This document shows, in pieces, positions 8,119 to 16,097 of a stretch of 64,000 nucleotides of DNA (position 1 is the stretch's first letter; every line of letters begins with the position of its first letter). A model generated the notes under the pieces. It was given only the letters and a program-made list of their open reading frames with translations. It did no database searches and had not been told where the DNA came from. The stretch is from positions 8,895-72,894 of the forward strand of contig CAZTKG010000001.1 in assembly GCA_964613815.1 (NCBI GenBank). Reading direction: 5' to 3'. The DNA comes from an uncultured Gammaproteobacteria bacterium (GTDB lineage Bacteria > Patescibacteriota > Patescibacteriia > UBA9934). Made by a program: the position numbers and the translations under genes.

Positions 8119-9894
8119 ATGACTTCCAACGAACTTCGACAAAAATTTATTTCCTTTTTTGTTTCTAAAGGCCATGAGCAGATTCCTTCTGCGAGTTTGG
8201 TGCCGGAGAATGATCCTTCTGTGTTGTTTACCACGGCGGGGATGCATCCGCTTGTGCCTTATTTGATGGGGGAGGAGCATCCGGCGGGGAAGCGGCTTGT
8301 GAATGCGCAGAAGTGTGTTCGGACCGGGGATATCGATGAGGTTGGGGATGATTCGCATTTGACGTTTTTTGAGATGCTTGGGAATTGGTCGCTGGGGGAT
8401 TATTTTAAGGAGGATGCGATTCGTTGGAGTTTTGAATTTTTGACGGAAGAGCTTGGTATTGGGATTGATGATCTTGCGGTGAGTGTTTTTGCTGGGGATG
8501 AGGATGCACCGTTTGATGAGGAGGCTTTTAAGGTTTGGAGGGAGCTCGGGGTGTCAGAATCTCGTATTGCGAAGTTGGGAAAGGGGGATAATTGGTGGCC
8601 TGCTGGTGGGAAGCATCCGGGGCCTCAGGGGCCGGATACGGAGATGTTTTATTGGACTGGGGAGGGGGATGCGCCGGAGGTTTTTGATGCTGAGGATGAG
8701 CGGTGGATGGAGATTTGGAATGATGTGTTTATGGAGTTCAATGAGGTTGGGGATGGGCTTCAGCCTTTGGAGAAGAAGAATGTTGATACGGGGATGGGGT
8801 TTGAACGAGTTGTTGCGGTTCTGCAGGGGAAGAAGAGCGTGTTTGAGACGGATGTGTTTGCGGGGATTTTTGAGGCGATTCGGTCGGTTTGTACGGAGGA
8901 TTGTGGGCCGGATAATGAGAGCGCTCGGATTGTGGCTGATCATGTGCGGAGTGCGGTGATGATGGTTTCTGATGGAGTGATGCCGAGTAATAAAGATCAA
9001 GGATATATTTTGCGGCGATTGATTCGGCGTTCGATTCGACATGCGAAGCATTTGGGGGTTGAGGGGCGTGATTTGATGGAGCCGGTTTGCGATGCGGTAG
9101 TTGCAAGTCTTGGGGATGCTTATCCGAGTTTGAAAGAGCAGCGAAATGCGATTGTAGATACGCTCATTGCGGAGGCGGAAAAGTTTGGGAAGACGCTGGA
9201 GAAAGGGCTTCGTCAGTTTGAGAAAATTTTTGATAAGAAAGGTGGGCTTGATGGGAATGATGCGTTTGATTTGTATCAGTCGTTTGGGTTTCCTTTGGAG
9301 TTGACGGAAGAGCTTGCGGCTGAAAAGGGTCAGCATGTGGATCGTGAAGTGTTTGAAAAAGAGTTTAAGGTTCATCAGGAAAAGAGTCGCGCTGGGGCTG
9401 GACAGAAGTTTGCCGGAGGGCTTGCGGATGATTCTGTGGAGACGACGCGGCTTCATACGGCGACGCACTTGGTGCATCAGGCGCTTCGTACGGTGCTTGG
9501 GGATCATGTTGGGCAGAAAGGGTCGAATATTACGAAGGAGCGGTTGAGGTTTGATTTTTCGCATTCTGAGAAGATGACGGATGAGCAGAAATTAGACGTT
9601 GAAAAGATTGTGAATGAGGTGATTCAGAAGGCGTTTCCTGTGCGGTATGAGTTGATGACGGTGGAGGAGGCGAAGGCTGCTCAAGCGATTGGATTTTTTG
9701 AGGATACGTATGCGCAGCTTGACGGGAAGGTGAAAGTGTATTTTATTGGGGACGATGCACTGGGTTACGCGAGTCGAGAGATTTGTGGTGGTCCGCATGT
9801 GCAGAATACTTCGGAGCTCGGTAGTGGGTTTCGGATAACGAAAGAACAGTCGTGCTCGCAGGGAGTGCGGCGAATCAAAGCGATCCTTGAATAG
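8119..9894 (+). CDS. alaS: alanine--tRNA ligase, compact form ending after the editing domain (no C-Ala domain)
   Basis: MTSNELRQKFISFFVSKGH...SASLVPENDPSVLFTTAGM. HTATHLVHQALRTVLGDHVGQKGS is the editing HxxxH motif. Ends ...GGPHVQNTSELGSGFRITKEQSCSQGVRRIKAILE. Confidence 0.9.
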   Translation: MTSNELRQKFISFFVSKGHEQIPSASLVPENDPSVLFTTAGMHPLVPYLMGEEHPAGKRLVNAQKCVRTGDIDEVGDDSHLTFFEMLGNWSLGDYFKEDAIRWSFEFLTEELGIGIDDLAVSVFAGDEDAPFDEEAFKVWRELGVSESRIAKLGKGDNWWPAGGKHPGPQGPDTEMFYWTGEGDAPEVFDAEDERWMEIWNDVFMEFNEVGDGLQPLEKKNVDTGMGFERVVAVLQGKKSVFETDVFAGIFEAIRSVCTEDCGPDNESARIVADHVRSAVMMVSDGVMPSNKDQGYILRRLIRRSIRHAKHLGVEGRDLMEPVCDAVVASLGDAYPSLKEQRNAIVDTLIAEAEKFGKTLEKGLRQFEKIFDKKGGLDGNDAFDLYQSFGFPLELTEELAAEKGQHVDREVFEKEFKVHQEKSRAGAGQKFAGGLADDSVETTRLHTATHLVHQALRTVLGDHVGQKGSNITKERLRFDFSHSEKMTDEQKLDVEKIVNEVIQKAFPVRYELMTVEEAKAAQAIGFFEDTYAQLDGKVKVYFIGDDALGYASREICGGPHVQNTSELGSGFRITKEQSCSQGVRRIKAILE

Positions 9895-9908
9895 AGAAGA
9901 GGTGTGAA

Positions 9909-10760
9909 GTGGCGTGGTATTCGAAGCAGATGGCGGCGGATAAGGCTCGGGCGGCGGCGGATTCGATTCGGGCTGGGACTGGGTATGATGGTGTGATTCA
10001 TTGCGCGATCATTGCTGGGACTGGGTGGAGTGAGGTGCTGGCGTTCGATGAGCTGCTCGGTGAGATGGGCATCAAGGACATCCACGGGTTTGAGAACTTT
10101 GGTACAATTGAGGGGCACGTTCCGCGGCTTGCGATTGGTCGGATTGGGATCCATGTGGTCCTTGTGCTGTTCAAGCGTGTGCACATGAACGAGGATACGT
10201 TCAACCCGGTGCCTGTGCGGAGCATGGCGCGGCTGCAGATCGAGATGCTCAATGCGCTTGGGATCGATCGTGTGATCGTGACGGCTGGTGTGGGCGGGCT
10301 GACTGCTGGCATTCAGTGGGGGGATGTGGGTGTTGTGACCTCGATGGTGACGAACCCGAGCGATGTGTTCCCGTTGTTCCCTGGTGAGTTTGGGTTGCCG
10401 GAGGATCCCATTTCGCAGGGCTGGTCTCATGACGTGTTTTCGGCGGCTCGGGATCAGGGCGGCGTTCAGGGTCTGCGGCTTCTGAAGGTTTGTCACGCGA
10501 TTCATCGTGGATCTCACTTTGAGACGTTCGCTGGTAAGCGGCACTTTGCTCGTATGGGTGGGGACATCGTTGGCATGAGTGGTCAGCCGGAATGTGCGGT
10601 TGCTGCTGTCTTTGTGCGGATGCGTGTGCTTTTCCTGACGTTCGTGACGAATGATGCTGTTGAGCCGATGAGTCACGAGAAGCATTGTGAGCGTGCGCGG
10701 CAGTCTGGATCTGGGCTCAATGCGGTTCTTCGATTGGCGCTTACGCTGATTCCTGGCTAG
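9909..10760 (+). CDS. purine nucleoside / MTA phosphorylase family protein (PNP family 2)
   Basis: AIIAGTGW, KRVHMNED, DRVIVTAGVGGL, GDIVGMSGQPE align with PNP/MTAP motifs. Locally GC-richer than flanks. Confidence 0.7.
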   Translation: MAWYSKQMAADKARAAADSIRAGTGYDGVIHCAIIAGTGWSEVLAFDELLGEMGIKDIHGFENFGTIEGHVPRLAIGRIGIHVVLVLFKRVHMNEDTFNPVPVRSMARLQIEMLNALGIDRVIVTAGVGGLTAGIQWGDVGVVTSMVTNPSDVFPLFPGEFGLPEDPISQGWSHDVFSAARDQGGVQGLRLLKVCHAIHRGSHFETFAGKRHFARMGGDIVGMSGQPECAVAAVFVRMRVLFLTFVTNDAVEPMSHEKHCERARQSGSGLNAVLRLALTLIPG

Positions 10761-10829
10761 TCCTTCTGGGCTGGTTTTTTTCTTTTGGGCGTGGTAGAAC
10801 GAAGGCGTTTTCTACGTTCTTTGGAGTGC

Positions 10830-11810
10830 GAGATGTATACTGCTGATTCTTCGATGAAGTTCGTGCGTGAGATGCTTCCTGATATTCGTGTGCGGCTTGG
10901 GCTTGATCCTGATGATGTGTTTGACGTGGGTGTTCTGCTGGGGTCTGGATGGTTCTCGTCCGAGAGCTGGCGCGGTGTTTGTCGTGTTGGTTTGATGACG
11001 TTCAATCCGTTTCGCGAGGTTCATGGTCGTCGATTGGAGCTTGTCATTGGCTGGCTCGGGGATGTTCGGGTCGTGGGGCTTCTGGATCGGGTTCACATGA
11101 ACGAGGCGCCGAACGAGCCTTTGGTTCCGGTGATTGTTCGGACGCAGGTGGAGCTGCTTTTGGCGCTCGGGATTCGTCGACTTGTGGTTACTGGGTCTGC
11201 GGGGGCTGTGAAGAGTGAGTATTTGGTCGGTGACTTGGCGCTCATTCGTGGTTTCGTGTCTGAGTCGACGGAAGGGATGCCTTTGTGGCGAGTGGAGGAG
11301 AAACATCGAGAAGCACCACGTGGTCGGCTTCATCCTTCGCGCGAGCTTGATCGGCCCCTTAGGGTTGCGGTGCAGGGAGTGTTTACTTCCGAAACCGCTG
11401 GAGCCATGTCTCGTCAGGCCTATACGCGAGAGGGTGCAGAGGGAGAGCGGGCTCCTGGACGGGATCGCACGATTCATTCTGTGGTTCTGATGTTCCACTT
11501 GGGGCCTCATCTCGAGGGGCTTACGCACGATCGTAGGTATCAATCACATCGCGGCGCTGGAGTGATTTCGAACGACATCAAGCCGCCGGTGCTTGTTGGT
11601 GGGGCGTGGAATCGTCGTGTGGGGCCGGCTGGATACGTTCAGGTTGTGGCGGCTGTGATTGTGACGAGCGATCATCGGCGTTCTCGATCCGAGACTTCTT
11701 CATCTGAGGTTGCGGGCGGGTATCTCGCTGCGAATCATGCGTTTTTGGATCATCTTGTTCAGCATCCGATCCCTGAGCGCAAGGTGCCTTCGGAAGAAGA
11801 TGAAGAGTAG
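10830..11810 (+). CDS. divergent PNP-family paralogue (tandem to previous)
   Basis: Shares LDRVHMNE, ALGIRRLVVTGSAGA and a C-terminal VVAAVIVTSD with the upstream gene but carries insertions and degenerate segments. Start taken at MYTADSS; the ORF begins at 10785. Confidence 0.5.
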   Translation, partial: EMYTADSSMKFVREMLPDIRVRLGLDPDDVFDVGVLLGSGWFSSESWRGVCRVGLMTFNPFREVHGRRLELVIGWLGDVRVVGLLDRVHMNEAPNEPLVPVIVRTQVELLLALGIRRLVVTGSAGAVKSEYLVGDLALIRGFVSESTEGMPLWRVEEKHREAPRGRLHPSRELDRPLRVAVQGVFTSETAGAMSRQAYTREGAEGERAPGRDRTIHSVVLMFHLGPHLEGLTHDRRYQSHRGAGVISNDIKPPVLVGGAWNRRVGPAGYVQVVAAVIVTSDHRRSRSETSSSEVAGGYLAANHAFLDHLVQHPIPERKVPSEEDEE

Positions 11811-11814
11811 CGTG

Positions 11815-11840
11815 GAGAGGTGAATGCCTCTTCTTTTTTA
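11815..11840 (+). terminator. weak intrinsic terminator after the PNP pair
   Basis: AGAGG-TGAATG-CCTCT hairpin followed by TCTTTTTTA. Confidence 0.35.
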
Positions 11841-11855
11841 TGCTCACGATGCCTA

Positions 11856-11930
11856 TTGACTATTTTTGAGGTTTCCGGTAACATCGCAGCACACGAAAAT
11901 CTTGTTAAAATATTGATTTTCTGGTATTAT
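11856..11930 (+). promoter_or_regulatory. two tandem sigma70-like promoters upstream of infA
   Basis: TTGACT-17-TAACAT (11856..11884) and TTGTTA-16-TATTAT (11903..11930). Confidence 0.4.
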
Positions 11931-11956
11931 TCGTCCGTAATTCGTTTTATAGAAGC

Positions 11957-12172
11957 ATGGCTGAAAAGCAGTTTCTGGAGATGAGAGCACATGTGGAGGA
12001 GTCGCTTCCGGGCGGTAAGTTCCGTGTTCGTCTCGAGAATGATCAAGAGATCATCGCATATTTGTCTGGTAAGATGCGGAAATTCCGTATTCGAATCATG
12101 CCAGGGGACGATGTCAAAGTTCAGATTAGTCCTTATGATCTGACAAAGGGTCGCATCACGTATCGGTTTTGA
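11957..12172 (+). CDS. infA: translation initiation factor IF-1
   Basis: [71 protein letters not shown], near-identical layout to bacterial IF1. Confidence 0.9.
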   Translation: MAEKQFLEMRAHVEESLPGGKFRVRLENDQEIIAYLSGKMRKFRIRIMPGDDVKVQISPYDLTKGRITYRF

Positions 12173-12238
12173 TACGGCATGCGGTTCTGACAGGAATCAC
12201 CTCTTTTTTGGTGATATTCTGATATCTAAGCAATTTGT

Positions 12239-12352
12239 ATGAAAGTACGCGCATCAGCAAAGAAAATGTGTCGCGATTGCCGAGTGATTCGTCGCAAGGG
12301 TCGCGTACGCGTGATTTGTAAGAATCCAAAGCATAAACAGCGACAGGGTTAG
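12239..12352 (+). CDS. rpmJ: 50S ribosomal protein L36
   Basis: Unlisted small [40 protein letters not shown] with the C-x2-C...C zinc-ribbon pattern, in the expected slot between infA and rpsM. Confidence 0.85.
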   Translation: MKVRASAKKMCRDCRVIRRKGRVRVICKNPKHKQRQG

Positions 12353-12375
12353 TTTTTAGTTTTAATTATCGTCAC

Positions 12376-12762
12376 ATGGCTCGAATTGCAGGTGTAAATA
12401 TTCCTAGTAAGAAGCGAATCGTGATTGGTCTCACGTATGTTTATGGTATTGGACCGTCTCGATCAAAAAAGGTTCTTGCTCAGGCGAATATTGATGAAAG
12501 TATTAAGGCGCAAGATCTTACGGATGAGCAAGTGAATGCGATTCGTCAGATTCTTGAGAAAGAATATCGTCTTGAGGGGGAGCTTCGACGAGACGTTTTA
12601 GGGAACATTAAGCGTTTGAAGGAGATTAAGTCTTATCGTGGATCTCGTCACAAGGCGCATTTGCCTGTGCGTGGACAGCGAACGAAAACAAATTCTCGAA
12701 CGGTTCGAGGGAATGTGCGACGGACGGCTGGAAGTGGTCGACGAACACTTACGAAGACCTAA
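12376..12762 (+). CDS. rpsM: 30S ribosomal protein S13
   Basis: MARIAGVNIPSKKRIVIGLTYVYGIGPSRSKKVL. Confidence 0.95.
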   Translation: MARIAGVNIPSKKRIVIGLTYVYGIGPSRSKKVLAQANIDESIKAQDLTDEQVNAIRQILEKEYRLEGELRRDVLGNIKRLKEIKSYRGSRHKAHLPVRGQRTKTNSRTVRGNVRRTAGSGRRTLTKT

Positions 12763-12776
12763 GTTTCTGATTTATT

Positions 12777-13271
12777 ATGGATACTCCAACGACAAATACT
12801 GAGGAGACAGCAACGCCTGAAGAGGCTGGGAAGGCAGCAGCACCTGCTGCAGCTTCTGCTCCGAAGAAAACAAATCAGCAGAAGTACGTTCGAACGGCGA
12901 AAGGAAAGCGACGGATTGCGAAGAAGCTTTCTCGCGGGAAGGCGTATGTTCATGCGTCTGTGAATAACACGATTATTTCTGTTACTGATCAGAATGGCAA
13001 CGTTGTTGCTTGGTCTAGTGCGGGAAACTGTGGGTTCCGCGGGCCAAAGAAGGCGACGCCGTATGCGGCTAGCATGATTGTGAATAAAATTGCTGAGCAG
13101 CTTGCTCCGCTTGGCATGAAAGAATTACAAGTCATCGTGAAAGGGATTGGGAATGGACGAGATGCGTCTGTGCGATCGCTTAATGCGAAAGGATTTAATA
13201 TTGTGAGCGTGAAAGAAGTGACGCCGATTCCACATAATGGATGTCGCGCACGACGCCCACGACGAGTTTAA
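12777..13271 (+). CDS. rpsK: 30S ribosomal protein S11 (with a roughly 35-aa N-terminal extension)
   Basis: ...AYVHASVNNTIISVTDQNGNVVAWSSAGNCGFRGPKKATPYAA... Confidence 0.9.
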   Translation: MDTPTTNTEETATPEEAGKAAAPAAASAPKKTNQQKYVRTAKGKRRIAKKLSRGKAYVHASVNNTIISVTDQNGNVVAWSSAGNCGFRGPKKATPYAASMIVNKIAEQLAPLGMKELQVIVKGIGNGRDASVRSLNAKGFNIVSVKEVTPIPHNGCRARRPRRV

Positions 13272-13272
13272 T

Positions 13273-13899
13273 ATGGGACGAACAACACAAAAAATTGGAA
13301 AGATGAGTCGACGCGAAGGCGTTGCGCTTTCGACTGGTGATGGCGTTTTGAAGTTGATGCAAAAGCGTCCGTATGCGCCTGGTGTGCATGGGAACGAAAG
13401 CGGAAAACGACGACGACGACTTTCTACCTTTGGAAAGCAGCTTCGAGAGAAGCAAAAAGCTAAGCGTCTTTATGGTGTGATGGAGAAGCAGTTCCGCAAT
13501 TATTTTGCGAAGGCTTCTCGTATGGATGGGAACACCGCAGAGAATCTTGGTCGACTTTTGGAAACGCGGCTCGATAATGCAGTGTTTCGACTTGGTTTTG
13601 CGAAAACTCGTCCGCAGGCTCGACAAATGGTCACGCACGCGCTCTTTAATGTGAATGGAAAAAAGGTTAATATTCCTTCATACAAGGTGCGAGTTGATGA
13701 TGTGATTTCGATTCGTGAAAATAAATTGAAAAAAGGGGTGTTTAACGACCTGGATGAACGTCTATCGTCACATGAAACACCGTCATGGCTCAGTATGGAC
13801 CTTGGTGAAAAGGCAGGAAAGGTCGTTGGCAGTCCAGAGGGGGAAGATTTGAAGGAAGTGTACGATCCAAAGCTCATTGTTGAGTTTTACTCTCGATAA
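13273..13899 (+). CDS. rpsD: 30S ribosomal protein S4
   Basis: MGRTTQKIGKMSRREG...RLDNAVFRLGFAKTRPQARQMVTHALFNVNGKKVNIPSYKV. The start follows 1 nt after the rpsK stop; the ORF-track start at 13237 is rejected. Confidence 0.9.
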   Translation: MGRTTQKIGKMSRREGVALSTGDGVLKLMQKRPYAPGVHGNESGKRRRRLSTFGKQLREKQKAKRLYGVMEKQFRNYFAKASRMDGNTAENLGRLLETRLDNAVFRLGFAKTRPQARQMVTHALFNVNGKKVNIPSYKVRVDDVISIRENKLKKGVFNDLDERLSSHETPSWLSMDLGEKAGKVVGSPEGEDLKEVYDPKLIVEFYSR

Positions 13900-13901
13900 T
13901 C

Positions 13902-14759
13902 TTGGCAGATTTGCCGATCAATTACTCTATATCTATGCAAAACATTTTGCTTCCATCTAAGATGACGTTCTCTGACGGAGAAAAAGAGAACGAACAGGTG
14001 CTCGTGATTGAGCCGCTTCATCATGGCTACGGAACAACCATTGGAAATGCGCTTCGACGTGTCATGCTTGCTTCTTTGAAGGGAGCTGCGGTTGTAAGTG
14101 TAAAGATTAAGGGAGCTCAGCACGAGTTTTCTACGGTTGATGGTGTGAAAGAAGACGTCCTTGATGTGATTTTGAACTTGAAAGGGCTTCGAATGAAGGT
14201 TCATAGCGAGGATGTTGTTGCGCTTCGACTTGAGGTTACTGGACGCGAAGGCGTTGTGACGGCAGCAGATATTGCGGCAAATGCAGATGTAGAGATTGCG
14301 AATCCTGATCTTGTGATCGCGACGCTTACAGATAAGAAGGCGACGCTTGCGATGGATATTCTTGTGTCTCAAGGGCGTGGGTTTGTTCCTACCGAAGAGC
14401 GCGATGATGAGCAGCGTGATATTGGGATGATTGCGATTGATTCAATGTTTAGTCCTGTTATTAGCGTCGGACTTAAGGTTGAGAATACGCGTGTTGGAGA
14501 GATTACCAACTATGACAAGGTGATCATGAATATTTTGACGGATGGAACCATGGAGGTGAAAGATGCGGTTCTTGAGTCAACAAAGATTATTCAAAATCAC
14601 TTCAACTGGATTGAGGGTCAGCTTAGCAATGCGTCGTTGACAGAGAAGCTAGAATCTGTTAAAGAGCAGGCTCTCGCTGCAAATCATGAAGAGGCATCTG
14701 AAGCTGAGGAAAAGAAGGATGATAGCGAAGAACCATCAGAAAAAGGAGAGGACGAATAA
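13902..14759 (+). CDS. rpoA: DNA-directed RNA polymerase alpha subunit, N-terminal domain only (acidic tail, no alpha-CTD)
   Basis: IEPLHHGYGTTIGNALRRVMLASL ... the protein ends in an EE/D-rich tail at 285 aa. The canonical helix-hairpin-helix alpha-CTD is absent. Confidence 0.85.
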   Translation: MADLPINYSISMQNILLPSKMTFSDGEKENEQVLVIEPLHHGYGTTIGNALRRVMLASLKGAAVVSVKIKGAQHEFSTVDGVKEDVLDVILNLKGLRMKVHSEDVVALRLEVTGREGVVTAADIAANADVEIANPDLVIATLTDKKATLAMDILVSQGRGFVPTEERDDEQRDIGMIAIDSMFSPVISVGLKVENTRVGEITNYDKVIMNILTDGTMEVKDAVLESTKIIQNHFNWIEGQLSNASLTEKLESVKEQALAANHEEASEAEEKKDDSEEPSEKGEDE

Positions 14760-14773
14760 TAGAGATTTGATTT

Positions 14774-15124
14774 ATGCGACATCGTAATACAACAAAGACG
14801 CTTGCTAGAAAGCCTACTGCTCGGAAGGCCTTGCTTCGTGATCTTGCAACGAGTGTGATTGTTTATGAAAACGTGAAGATTACTAAAGGAAAGGCAAAAG
14901 CGGTTCGGCCGGTTGTAGAGAAGTTGATTACCGTCGCGAAAAAGGGAGACCTTGCTGCACGACGACGACTGTTGGCATATTTTCCAACACGTCAGCCGGT
15001 AGACAAGCTTCTTGAGGTTATTGGGCCTCGATATAAAGATCGAAATGGAGGGTACACGCGGATGACAAATCTTGGTGCTCGAAAGGGTGACGGGGCTGAT
15101 GTTGTGCGTGTTGAACTTGTGTAA
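14774..15124 (+). CDS. rplQ: 50S ribosomal protein L17
   Basis: MRHRNTTKTLARKPTARKALLRDLATSVIVYENVKITKGKAKAVRPVVEKLIT. Confidence 0.9.
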   Translation: MRHRNTTKTLARKPTARKALLRDLATSVIVYENVKITKGKAKAVRPVVEKLITVAKKGDLAARRRLLAYFPTRQPVDKLLEVIGPRYKDRNGGYTRMTNLGARKGDGADVVRVELV

Positions 15125-15125
15125 T

Positions 15126-15491
15126 ATGAAGAGTACGTACAAAATTACGCGTGATGTTTATAAAGTAGATGCGACTGACCAGATTTTGGGTCGGTTTGCT
15201 TCGGACATTGCGATTCATTTGATTGGAAAGCATAAGCCAAACTGGCAGAAGCACGTTGATAGCGGTGACGTTGTTGAGGTTTCGAATGTTGGGAAGATTG
15301 CGCTTAGTGGTCAGAAAATTGATCAGAAAGTGTATCACCGACATAGTGGATTTCCTGGTGGAATTAAAGAAATGCCTCTTCGAAAGGCTTTTGAGAAGAA
15401 TCCTTCTTGGGTTTTGAAGATGGCGGTATCTCGAATGCTTCCGAAGAATAAGCATCGCACCGAGCGACTTAAGCGATTGAAGATTTCTTAA
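15126..15491 (+). CDS. rplM: 50S ribosomal protein L13
   Basis: MKSTYKITRDVYKVDATDQILGRFASDIAIHLIGKHKP; the ORF-track start at 15072 is rejected. Confidence 0.9.
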   Translation: MKSTYKITRDVYKVDATDQILGRFASDIAIHLIGKHKPNWQKHVDSGDVVEVSNVGKIALSGQKIDQKVYHRHSGFPGGIKEMPLRKAFEKNPSWVLKMAVSRMLPKNKHRTERLKRLKIS

Positions 15492-15492
15492 T

Positions 15493-15888
15493 ATGAGTGA
15501 TAAGTATTATCAGTGCGTTGGTCGACGAAAGACTGCTGTTGCGCAGGTACGAATTTTTCCTGGTGGAACAGGGAAGGTTACTGTGAACGGGAAGGAGATG
15601 AAGGTTTATTTTCCTGTGAAGCGATTGCAAGAGGTTGTTACTGGGCCGCTTAGTGCAACTGGACGAACAGAGAACACTGACGTAACTGTGCGAGCGGTTG
15701 GTGGTGGACCTGTTGGTCAGGCTGATGCGGTTCGGCTGGGAATTGCTCGTGCGCTTGTGAAGATGGATGAGAGCATGAAGGAGACGATTAAAGGAAAAGG
15801 AATGCTTACGCGAGATCCTCGAAAGAAGGAGCGAAAGAAGTTTGGAAAGCGTGGAGCGCGTCGTTCGAAGCAGTGGCGAAAACGATAA
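15493..15888 (+). CDS. rpsI: 30S ribosomal protein S9
   Basis: ...GGGPVGQADAVRLGIARALV...KKFGKRGARRSKQWRKR. Confidence 0.9.
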   Translation: MSDKYYQCVGRRKTAVAQVRIFPGGTGKVTVNGKEMKVYFPVKRLQEVVTGPLSATGRTENTDVTVRAVGGGPVGQADAVRLGIARALVKMDESMKETIKGKGMLTRDPRKKERKKFGKRGARRSKQWRKR

Positions 15889-15892
15889 TTGA

Positions 15893-15917
15893 GAAAGAGC
15901 TGAAAGGCTCTTTTTTG
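15893..15917 (+). terminator. intrinsic terminator after rpsI
   Basis: AAAGAGC-TGAAAG-GCTCTTT hairpin followed by TTTTTGATTTTTATTT. Confidence 0.6.
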
Positions 15918-15925
15918 ATTTTTAT

Positions 15926-16032
15926 TTCCCATCTCGACCTTGTGGAGAGATCTGATTGTGATAAAACTGCGAGATCTCTCCGTAAGGTCCCCACTTTGCA
16001 GAATGCTTCGTTAGGGGCAGGCGAGATGGGAG
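15926..16032. repeat. RPE-like palindromic element, copy 1 (long form)
   Basis: TTCCCATCTCGACC..GGAGAGATCT..AGATCTCTCC..AAGGTCCCCACTTTGCAGAATGCTTCGTTAGGGG..GAGATGGGAG. It shares its long right arm with copy 6. Confidence 0.8.
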
Positions 16033-16097
16033 TAGTAAAGAGCTGCATTGCTTATTCCATTCTGACTGAATAGATGCTATTGTTAGCAATAGATTCT

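Noticed and set aside
7609-8358. Long version of the NUDIX ORF (249 aa), and long versions of 6950..7750, 29172..30725 and 31241..31552.
   Set aside because: The extensions overlap neighbouring genes or intergenic repeats and lack homology. Internal Met codons with an RBS were chosen.
8554-9564. Long antisense ORFs inside real genes. Examples: 8554..9564, 9765..10685, 653..1171, 5180..5860, 16887..17420, 19078..19977, 20743..22110, 23499..24047, 24156..24842, 41446..42459, 43086..43943 on the - strand. On the + strand: 38566..39330, 53988..54554, 62532..63487.
   Set aside because: Their translations are low-complexity (P/H/R/K/N/Q/T-rich or G/V/W/F-rich) with no motifs. They lie antisense to strongly supported genes. 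The extreme G+T versus A+C strand bias removes stop codons from antisense frames.
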